A DNA stretch of 35,712 bases from an uncultured Akkermansia sp. (GTDB lineage Bacteria; Bacteroidota; Bacteroidia; B-17B0; Aurantibacillaceae): contig CAZMHW010000003.1 in assembly GCA_964566105.1 (NCBI GenBank), positions 1 to 35,712 of the forward strand, in the 5' to 3' direction. Shown piece after piece: positions 27,423 to 34,650 of this stretch (the first letter of the stretch is position 1; every line of letters begins with the position of its first letter). Under the pieces are notes generated by a model, which made no database searches, had not been told where the DNA came from, and worked only from the letters and a program-made list of their open reading frames with translations. A program made the translations under genes and the position numbers.

Positions 27423-27850
27423 AGAATGTCCCAATCTGGTTTGGAAACACTACATCTGCCAAGAGTTTTGCAGTCGGACACACTGAAACAGGCATGCGTA
27501 TGTCAGCAAAGCAAACATTTAAGTGTGTACAGTATGATGGTAAAGTCAGATCAGCCGTAACTTTGACGAAGGCAAATAGGATAAACTCGTTGGGTACAGC
27601 AAAAGTACTTGAAACAACCGGCAGATTTCTCGCTGGCGCGTCTGGAGTTATTACCGTAGTGGACGGCATAACAAACGATGAAGGTTGGCAAAATCATCAC
27701 ACCGCAGACTTAACAATTACAGCAGGAGTATCTGTTCTTTCTGCATCTGTTCCGGTAGCTTGCTGGATAGTGGGAGCTGTTTTTTTGGCAGCTGATATAA
27801 CATCTCAAGTTACAACTGGACAATCATTCACTCAAAATTTATTTGATTAA
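27408..27850 (+). pseudogene. Orphan RHS C-terminal tip cassette 2 (1-nt frameshift directly after QSGGG)
   Basis: Adding one G at 27420-27422 gives QSGGGENVPIWFGNTTSAKSFAVGHTETGMRMSAKQ... through to 27850; Gly/Ala-rich hydrophobic end (ADLTITAGVSVLSASVPVACWIVGAVFLAAD) resembles the other tips. Confidence 0.75.
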
Positions 27851-27862
27851 TATTAATTATCT

Positions 27863-28231
27863 ATGTATAATTTTTTTTATTGTTATATCTATAAATTAAC
27901 AAATAAAGGGAGCAAAAACTCCAAAACAGACTCTATCAATTTTGTCGCTTTCACAGTTGTTGTTCATTTGGGATTATTTTTTGCATGTCTAAAGAGAATT
28001 TTTGATCTGCACTACCCTTTTTTTAGTAATGTTTATTTCTACAACAAACTGTTTTTAGCCCCCTTTGCTTTTATTTGGCTTTTGCTAGTATACTTGTATT
28101 ATAAGAAAAATTCTGATAAAATTCTCGAAAAATTAAGTGCTAAAATTGTTGTTAACACAAAAAACACTATTCTTGTTTTTTCAGCGTTACTAATTCCACT
28201 AATTATTATTATACTACTGTTAAAAAAGTAA
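27863..28231 (+). CDS. Putative membrane immunity protein 3
   Basis: 122 aa, three hydrophobic segments, starts 12 nt after orphan tip 2; N-terminus MYNFFYCYIYK resembles MNFFEYSCYYL of immunity 2. Confidence 0.75.
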   Translation: MYNFFYCYIYKLTNKGSKNSKTDSINFVAFTVVVHLGLFFACLKRIFDLHYPFFSNVYFYNKLFLAPFAFIWLLLVYLYYKKNSDKILEKLSAKIVVNTKNTILVFSALLIPLIIIILLLKK

Positions 28232-28440
28232 TTTAATGTAACGCTGATAGCGACTTTAAAATTCAGGATAAAAAATAGATGCTTCAATCTCCTAAAATTC
28301 AGATTTAAAATACTTAAAAATTGAGCGTGAAAGTATACCTATAGATTCTATTAACAACCGATGTACTTATTAGATTCTGAATGTACTCCATTGTTGTACC
28401 ATCCATTTCCTGAGTCAAGATAAAAGTTCATTTTAACAAT

Positions 28441-30138
28441 CTATTTCGTTATAATTACCTTTTTTGTAACCGAACCAGATTCTCCCTGTCCTATCAAAAA
28501 ATAAATTCCCGCAGGTAAATTTGTCACATTCATCAATGTGTCTTCTTCCCTACGGACAGAGGTCTCTGACACCAGTTGACCCAGGTTATTAACCAGGGTA
28601 AATTGCATATCGGTATTTGCACGTAAGGTAAACTCGCCTGCATTCGGGTTAGGATACACAAGCAGTGTCAATTGATTTTTACTTCTATTTTCTGAGATAC
28701 CCGTAATAAGTTGTGGGCCTAATTTAATAAGATACATATCCAGTGACCCAACAGGAGCCAGACTATCACTTTGATTGAGATCGGGATCAAAATCACAGAT
28801 TCCGGTGTAATACCCCGTACTGTAAACAGCGCTGTGATTGTCTGTGCAGATAGACCCGGGAACTATACCTCCGACGCGTGTATGCATTGCTTCTGCCCAC
28901 ACAAAGTCACCATTTGGATCTAACTTTAAAATGTAGGCATTTCCACTGTTAAGCCCGCTTGAAATCCCCAGCGTGTAGGTTCCTGAACTCGGGTCGAAAT
29001 CTGTCAACACAGAATAATAACCGGTGGAATAAATGTTTCCTGAGTTGTCAAGGGCAATCGAATTGGCCTGTCCGGTGGAGTTAATAGATTTCACCCAAAC
29101 AAAATTTCCCTGGGCATTTAATTTAGAAATAAAGAAACCTCCGCCGGTCAAAGTATAAGTTCCTGCACCCGGGTCAAAATCTGCCGTGCCTGCATAGTTG
29201 CCAGTTGTGTATACATTTGCGTTTGCATCCAGAGTTAATCCTCGAGAACCATCGGCTCCGGTTCCACCCTGAGCTATGGCCCAAACAAAATTACCTGAAG
29301 AATCTAATTTTGAAACAAAACAGTCATTAGAGCCTACCGGATTTAGTGTATAGGTCCCCACTCCGGGATCAAAATCTATTGTGTTTGAAAAAGTGCCTGT
29401 GGTATATACATTACCAGAAGCATCCACCGACATACCGGTAATAAGCTCGTTCGTAGCACTTCCCATTCTTTTCGCCCAGATAAAATTGCCTGACGGATTG
29501 AATTTAGATACAAAAAAATCGAAACCGCCGTTTGAATTGAGAGTATAAGTGCCTGCACCCGGATCAAAATCCACAGAATTACTGTTATATACTCCAGCAA
29601 CATAAACATTTCCCAGTGGGTCCAAAGCAATTGCTTCACCCTGATCGTTACCAGTCCCTCCAATCCGGTTGGCCCAAACAAAATTACCAGCAGCGTCAAG
29701 TTTGGAGACAAAAATATCCAATGCGGCACTTCCTTGCAACGTATAAGTTCCTGGACCCGGATCAAAATCCGCACTTAAATTCACATAACCTGTTATAAAA
29801 ACATTTCCGGAATTATCTACCTTAATCGATCTGCCGGCATCTGAATAACCAATGGCCTCTATTTGCTTTGCCCAAATTAGGTTACCGAGCGAGTCTTGTT
29901 TCAAAATAAAAACATCGCTTCCTCCAGCGGAAGTTAAGTTAAAAACTCCCTGGCCCGGGTCAAAATCCACAACATCCTGAAAGGCTCCGATGGTGTATAC
30001 ATTTCCGGAATTATCAGTAGTGATGGAGTTACCAACATCCACCGAAACCCCACCCACACTCCTCGCCCATTGTAGGTTCTGCGAAGAAAGTGGTGTTTTA
30101 AAAAAGGAAATTAATCCGATTAAGAATAGTTTTTTCAT
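28441..30138 (-). CDS. SBBP beta-propeller repeat protein with T9SS type A sorting domain
   Basis: Seven DFDP repeats with GNVYxTG and SKLDxxGNFVWA units; CTD VYPNP...NNLGQ...LPAGIYF...KKVIITK. Confidence 0.92.
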   Translation of the reverse strand: MKKLFLIGLISFFKTPLSSQNLQWARSVGGVSVDVGNSITTDNSGNVYTIGAFQDVVDFDPGQGVFNLTSAGGSDVFILKQDSLGNLIWAKQIEAIGYSDAGRSIKVDNSGNVFITGYVNLSADFDPGPGTYTLQGSAALDIFVSKLDAAGNFVWANRIGGTGNDQGEAIALDPLGNVYVAGVYNSNSVDFDPGAGTYTLNSNGGFDFFVSKFNPSGNFIWAKRMGSATNELITGMSVDASGNVYTTGTFSNTIDFDPGVGTYTLNPVGSNDCFVSKLDSSGNFVWAIAQGGTGADGSRGLTLDANANVYTTGNYAGTADFDPGAGTYTLTGGGFFISKLNAQGNFVWVKSINSTGQANSIALDNSGNIYSTGYYSVLTDFDPSSGTYTLGISSGLNSGNAYILKLDPNGDFVWAEAMHTRVGGIVPGSICTDNHSAVYSTGYYTGICDFDPDLNQSDSLAPVGSLDMYLIKLGPQLITGISENRSKNQLTLLVYPNPNAGEFTLRANTDMQFTLVNNLGQLVSETSVRREEDTLMNVTNLPAGIYFLIGQGESGSVTKKVIITK

Positions 30139-30256
30139 CCTGATGTAATATTAAATTGGGTTGTAGAAAAAGTGCTTTAAAATTCGACATAAAGATAATA
30201 TTTATTTGAATAAATTAATACCTGTGCTTTTGCAAACCCAATCAAATACCTACTCG

Positions 30257-30700
30257 TTATTTCTCAACCACCACCGGCCTCGCCTGCAATTCCCTTACCT
30301 CCACCGAACCATCTTGTTCTAAGACCGGACAACGTTTTGCCAGATTTAAGGCCTGTTCCAGGTCCATGGCATGTACGATGATGTTGCTGACTTCCTTTAA
30401 ACCGCCGCTGGTTGTTACGTATTCTTTTTTGCTGTTTTTTTGGGCATCCAACACCACGTAGCCCGGGTTAGGAAAAATATAACTGGTAACAAAAATGCCC
30501 TCCGCTTTCCATTGGTCGGTAAGTGCATTCCATTGAGGCCGAACGGCTGTGGCGTCATCCTTACTGTATACTTCGGGTACCCTGACAATTAAGATAAATT
30601 CTTTCATGGTGTTTTGATTTTTGGTTAAACTGTTTTGTGAATACATCCAAAAGCCTTGTAACAGAAAGGCCAAGAGGACAAGTTTTCTTTTTGTGTACAT
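30257..30700 (-). CDS. YciI/YCII-related protein with signal peptide
   Basis: MKEFILIVR...KEVSNIIVHAMDLEQALNLAKRCPVLEQDGSVEVREL. Confidence 0.8.
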   Translation of the reverse strand: MYTKRKLVLLAFLLQGFWMYSQNSLTKNQNTMKEFILIVRVPEVYSKDDATAVRPQWNALTDQWKAEGIFVTSYIFPNPGYVVLDAQKNSKKEYVTTSGGLKEVSNIIVHAMDLEQALNLAKRCPVLEQDGSVEVRELQARPVVVEK

Positions 30701-30719
30701 CTGTAAAAATTTGATGCGA

Positions 30720-30727
30720 CAAAATTA
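30720..30727 (-). promoter_or_regulatory. Bacteroidota -7 promoter element
   Basis: TAATTTTG on the minus strand, 19 nt before ATG 30700. Confidence 0.6.
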
Positions 30728-30766
30728 GTCCAGGTAAAAAAGAAAGGCTTGTAAAAAATCAGTGAT

Positions 30767-31540
30767 TTAGCGTAGGGGGAATTTTTTCAGATACTCCGTC
30801 GGACTTTGTCCGGTAAATACTTTGAATTCCCTATTAAAATGGGCCTGGTCGTAATAGCCAGCTTCGTAAGCAGTATCCAAAAAGACGGGATTCTTTTTTA
30901 GTTTAACCAGCACTGCTTTCATGCGTACCAAAGAAGCAAAACGTTTGGGACCCGTACCCACACATTTACGAAAGCGTTTTTCAAAAGCATCCTGACTGAT
31001 GTAAAGATCTTTACTCAGCTCTTTGATGCTCACATTTCCCTGAGCAGCTTTTATTTTTTGAATCGCGGCTTGCACCAGAGCATCCTGTTCGGGGTATTTT
31101 AAAGATTTCAAGAGAAAATCATTGACTAAATCCACGCGTTCTTTATGCGAAACGGCCGAAGACAGTTTTTCGCCCATGCGTTCTATTTCATAACGATCAA
31201 AAATCTGATCAAGCGGCAGTGTTTGCTCAAATAAATAATGCAGGGGCTCCCGGGTGAAAGCTGAAACACCAGCTTCGTTAAACTGCACTACCATGTTTGA
31301 TGTCTGTTTCTGATAGCTCACGTAACGGGGAGAAGGACGTAAGCCGGAAACGATAGCCCCCGGCAAGTCAAATGCCTTGTTATTTTCTACCTGGTTTACC
31401 TTGCCTTTAAAGACATAGGCCATAGTCAGTGCCGTATCTGGCAACAAGGAATTTTCCCAACCCTCCCCACTCTCAATAATGCGGACTCCTTTTACATAAG
31501 GACTAAGGACAGACAAAGGCTTGTGTGACTCAAAAAACAT
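30767..31540 (-). CDS. AraC-family transcriptional regulator
   Basis: GNVSIKELSKDLYISQDAFEKRFRKCVGTGPK...AYEAGYYDQAHFNREFKVFTGQSPTEY. Confidence 0.93.
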   Translation of the reverse strand: MFFESHKPLSVLSPYVKGVRIIESGEGWENSLLPDTALTMAYVFKGKVNQVENNKAFDLPGAIVSGLRPSPRYVSYQKQTSNMVVQFNEAGVSAFTREPLHYLFEQTLPLDQIFDRYEIERMGEKLSSAVSHKERVDLVNDFLLKSLKYPEQDALVQAAIQKIKAAQGNVSIKELSKDLYISQDAFEKRFRKCVGTGPKRFASLVRMKAVLVKLKKNPVFLDTAYEAGYYDQAHFNREFKVFTGQSPTEYLKKFPLR

Positions 31541-31582
31541 GTTACAAATCTAGCTGATATTTTTCTTTTTACCGTAAAACCC

Positions 31583-31625
31583 ACTATGTATTCACCCAGT
31601 AGTTTACTATGTGTTTACCCAGTAG
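31583..31625. promoter_or_regulatory. 20-bp direct repeat (period 23) containing CTATGT-N4-ACCCAG boxes
   Basis: ACTATGTATTCACCCAGTAG (31583) and ACTATGTGTTTACCCAGTAG (31606), 18/20 identical; TAAATTTG -7 element follows at 31646-31653. Confidence 0.7.
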
Positions 31626-31687
31626 ATTCTTTTGGTGGAATAGGTTAAATTTGAAAAGAGGCGATAAGGCTGCCAACCCACGTAACA

Positions 31688-32440
31688 ATGAAAAAGTCAA
31701 TTTTAATTCCGTTAGTTCTTGTATACTTTTTGCTGGGATCAACCGGCAGCCAGATTCGTGCGCAAACCGGCATTGAACCGTCTAAACTGAAACAGTTCAA
31801 CATCACCGTTAATTACGAAGACTACACGGTTAAAACCCAGATGCTCAGCCAACCGAAGAACATTAGTGTAAACAACGAGCGTATGTACCTCTGGTATGCT
31901 TCCCAGAAAATTATGGAAACCAAGGGTGGTTTTGACGGTAAATTAATTCATGGTACTTACAGGGCTTTTTACCTGAATAATCAGTTGAAAGAGAAAGGTG
32001 AGATCAGGTACGGTTTAAAACACAAGGAATGGAAATACTGGTACCCCGATGGCAAACTCCGCGAAGTGATTAATTGGAAAAACGGCGTAAAGAACGGTAA
32101 ATATTACCTCTACAACGATTATGGTCAACTGATGGCGCAGAGCCGGTTTAAGGACGACAAACTCAATGGCAATTTTTACACCTATAACGCCAATGGTAAG
32201 GTTATTGATAAAAAGCGTTATAAACACGGAGATGAAATTCCCGAAAAAATAAAAGCCCGGAAACCTAAGGAAAAAAAAGTTAAAAAACCGAAAACCGAAA
32301 AGGCGCCGGAAGTTAAACCCGAGCAACAAAACTCTGAAAACAAAAAGCCCTTTCTGAAAAACATTTTTAAAAAGAAAACAAAAAAAGAAAAAGAGGAAAA
32401 ACCCAAAGATCCCGAAAAAAGAAAAGTGATCAACTCTTAA
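31688..32440 (+). CDS. Secreted MORN-variant repeat (YwqK-like) protein with Lys/Glu-rich tail
   Basis: Signal peptide; repeats HGTYRAFYLNNQLKEKG, HKEWKYWYPDGKL, NGKYYLYNDYGQL, NGNFYTYNANGKV. Confidence 0.85.
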   Translation: MKKSILIPLVLVYFLLGSTGSQIRAQTGIEPSKLKQFNITVNYEDYTVKTQMLSQPKNISVNNERMYLWYASQKIMETKGGFDGKLIHGTYRAFYLNNQLKEKGEIRYGLKHKEWKYWYPDGKLREVINWKNGVKNGKYYLYNDYGQLMAQSRFKDDKLNGNFYTYNANGKVIDKKRYKHGDEIPEKIKARKPKEKKVKKPKTEKAPEVKPEQQNSENKKPFLKNIFKKKTKKEKEEKPKDPEKRKVINS

Positions 32441-32449
32441 TTGTTTAAC

Positions 32450-33784
32450 ATGCCAAAAACAAATGGTATAACTCTTTTACATGTTGTAGTCCGTAAATTC
32501 AGTTGGGCCTTACACTCCCCTGCAAAAAAAGGAACAGGGCTGTATGTGAAAGGAGGGGCATTGTACATCTCCATCCTGGTAAGCATTCTCATTGGCATCA
32601 CCCTGAGTTTATTTATCCTCCTTGGCAATTACAATCAACGCACCGTAACCGTTCTGGCACAGGACTCGCAGCTCTATTTTAATCTTAAAAGCGCGTTTCA
32701 ATTAGCACAGTCCGCTTATTTTAGTCAGGAACAAAACAATACCTGGATCAAAAACCAGTTGAACGACGATTCGATTAAAGTAAAAAAAATAAACTGGGGT
32801 GCGTATCTCATTATCTGCGCACAAAGTAAAAACAGACACCACTCCCTTTCCCAGTCGGGATTGTTTGGCACGTATATGAGTGCCGACACAGGTCTTATGG
32901 TTTCCGATAACAGCAGACCGGTTGGTTTGAGTGGCAGTATTCGCTTTCAGTCCAATTGTTATCTACCCCGTGCGGGCATTAAACCCGCGTACATTGAAGG
33001 GCAAAGTTACCAGAGCTCAAGCAACAACGGAACGTTTTTAAAAGCGTCTCCCAATCAAATTCCCCAACTCGATCCAAAGCTCGTAAAAGCCCTGAAAGAG
33101 GAGCAGGAAGGCTTAAACGTATACCTGGATTCGTTGGTTTCGTATGCACCCCCAGTCTATAATCAGGCTTTCGAAAAAAAAACACTGGTCTGTCAGCTTA
33201 ACACCACTCAACTCAGTCAGCTGCGCCTTAAAAATAACATCAAACTTATTTGTGGGGCAGTAGACATTGATAGCTCCTGTCACTTTGAGAACATTTTGAT
33301 CATTTGTAAAAAAGCCAGGTTTAAACAAGGCTTCAAAGGACAGGTGCACGTGATTGCCAGCGATAGCATCAGCATGGAAAGCAACTGTGAATTTCAATAC
33401 CCCTCCTCTTTTGTGCTTCTGCCGGATCAAAGCTCAGGTACTACATTTAACTCCATTCAATTTAATAAAGACTGTAAATTTTCAGGAGGTGTTTTGGCGG
33501 TTAACGAAACAAGCAGGTCAGAGAACAGCCAAAAAGTTTTTATTAAGTTACATGCCGGCTCAGAAATAAATGGTCTGATCTATTCCAGTGATTACGTTCA
33601 CCTGGAAGGTCAGCTCAACGCAAGTACCATCGCCAACAAACTCCTTTTAAAAACACCTTCAGCGGTTTACGAAAATCATATACTCAGTTGTGAGATCAAT
33701 CCAAAAAAATACGGCAGTTTAATGGCAGTGCCTTTGCTTTTTGATCAACGGGACAAATTACTTTGTTGTGCGAATTTAAATTAA
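32450..33784 (+). CDS. PilX/GspK-like large minor pseudopilin candidate; start uncertain (32441, 32450 or 32546)
   Basis: KG|GALYISILVSILIGITLSLFILL prepilin-like helix lacking Glu5; first of three pilin-like genes preceding gspF. Confidence 0.65.
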   Translation: MPKTNGITLLHVVVRKFSWALHSPAKKGTGLYVKGGALYISILVSILIGITLSLFILLGNYNQRTVTVLAQDSQLYFNLKSAFQLAQSAYFSQEQNNTWIKNQLNDDSIKVKKINWGAYLIICAQSKNRHHSLSQSGLFGTYMSADTGLMVSDNSRPVGLSGSIRFQSNCYLPRAGIKPAYIEGQSYQSSSNNGTFLKASPNQIPQLDPKLVKALKEEQEGLNVYLDSLVSYAPPVYNQAFEKKTLVCQLNTTQLSQLRLKNNIKLICGAVDIDSSCHFENILIICKKARFKQGFKGQVHVIASDSISMESNCEFQYPSSFVLLPDQSSGTTFNSIQFNKDCKFSGGVLAVNETSRSENSQKVFIKLHAGSEINGLIYSSDYVHLEGQLNASTIANKLLLKTPSAVYENHILSCEINPKKYGSLMAVPLLFDQRDKLLCCANLN

Positions 33785-34140
33785 TGAAAAAAAAGAAACA
33801 TAGCGTTTTAAAAGGCAGTTCCATCGTGGAAGTACTCATTGCACTCGCCATAACCAGTTTTTGCGCCAGTCTTGCCGTAGTGATTTATCTGAACATTCAG
33901 AAAAGCTCGCTTCCCTTTTTTAAAATAAAAGCAGTGGAACTGGCCGAGTACTATATGAAAGAAACACTGGAAAAGAGAAGTTTCCAGGATGAAACCTATA
34001 AGGCAGAAGAATTCTCCGTAAAAAAGTCGCTCGCTACTTCAGAATCCTTTCCGGATTGTTTAAATCTAAGAATCATTGTGTTTGATAACTCTAAAAAGAA
34101 GCTGCATGAACTTGAAACACTTGTGTATAAAGGGAACTAA
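33784..34140 (+). CDS. Prepilin-type minor pseudopilin (GspI/PilV-like)
   Basis: LKG|SSIVEVLIALAITSFCASLAVVIY with Glu5; TAATG overlap with the upstream stop. Confidence 0.8.
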   Translation: MKKKKHSVLKGSSIVEVLIALAITSFCASLAVVIYLNIQKSSLPFFKIKAVELAEYYMKETLEKRSFQDETYKAEEFSVKKSLATSESFPDCLNLRIIVFDNSKKKLHELETLVYKGN

Positions 34141-34143
34141 TAA

Positions 34144-34650
34144 ATGAACATAAAAAGAAATAGAATGCATCTAAAAGGATTTACCATCGCCGAACTGCTG
34201 GTGGTGCTCATCCTGACCTCTATTTCCATTACACTCTCCTACTCCACCCTTACCTACGTGCAAAAATTATTCAGCGCCTACAAAAACTCCAATAAATTTT
34301 TAAACGAATGGAGCGATCTTAAAAAACGTCTGGATTTTGAATCCATGAAAGCCGAACGCGTGACGGAAGAAAAAGAAAACTATTTCAGGATCAGCAGAGA
34401 TACTGTAGACAGTTGGCTTGAAATCAAAGAAAAACTAATTCTTTTAAAACATCGGGAAACCTGCGACACCTTTCACATAGAAGTAAAAAATCTGAAAAAA
34501 AAATACGAAGTCCTGCAAAATCCCCTGTGGGCAAATAAACTATTAACGGAATTACAATTTGAAACGGACTACAGTAAACAGAAATTTATTTTTTCATTCA
34601 TTAAACAACATTCTGCCGCACTTAAATTAAAACTCGAACAAAACCCTTAA
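34144..34650 (+). CDS. Prepilin-type N-terminal cleavage/methylation protein (GspJ/PulJ-like)
   Basis: LKG|FTIAELLVVLILTSISITLSY. Confidence 0.88.
   Translation: MNIKRNRMHLKGFTIAELLVVLILTSISITLSYSTLTYVQKLFSAYKNSNKFLNEWSDLKKRLDFESMKAERVTEEKENYFRISRDTVDSWLEIKEKLILLKHRETCDTFHIEVKNLKKKYEVLQNPLWANKLLTELQFETDYSKQKFIFSFIKQHSAALKLKLEQNP

Noticed and set aside
26761-27850. ORFs 26761-26985 and 27494-27850 as stand-alone genes
   Set aside because: Both frames extend upstream to the SGGG junction motif; they are better explained as orphan tips
15032-28231. T6SS effector locus or T9SS cargo
   Set aside because: No VgrG, PAAR, Hcp or Eag in the window; proteins have Sec signals and no recognisable T9SS CTD, although helpers encoded elsewhere cannot be excluded
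28285-28300. CAATCTCCTAAAATTC as a fourth junction motif
   Set aside because: Only a weak match to the left half, lacks GTGG-GG-GG and is not followed by a tip ORF
14300-28440. Mobile element or genomic island carrying the RHS locus
   Set aside because: No integrase, transposase, tRNA or flanking direct repeats found; only the tip/immunity part is visibly AT-richer
31688-32440. Antitoxin of a toxin-antitoxin pair (YwqK label)
   Set aside because: Similarity is only the MORN-variant repeat; it has a signal peptide, no adjacent toxin, and heads the pilin operon
256-33569. Short antisense or alternate-frame ORFs in the track (e.g. 256-585, 2104-2436, 8922-9206, 14357-14626, 24953-25258, 27394-27669, 29376-29774, 32015-32329, 33113-33430)
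   Set aside because: Shadows of better-supported genes, with no motifs of their own
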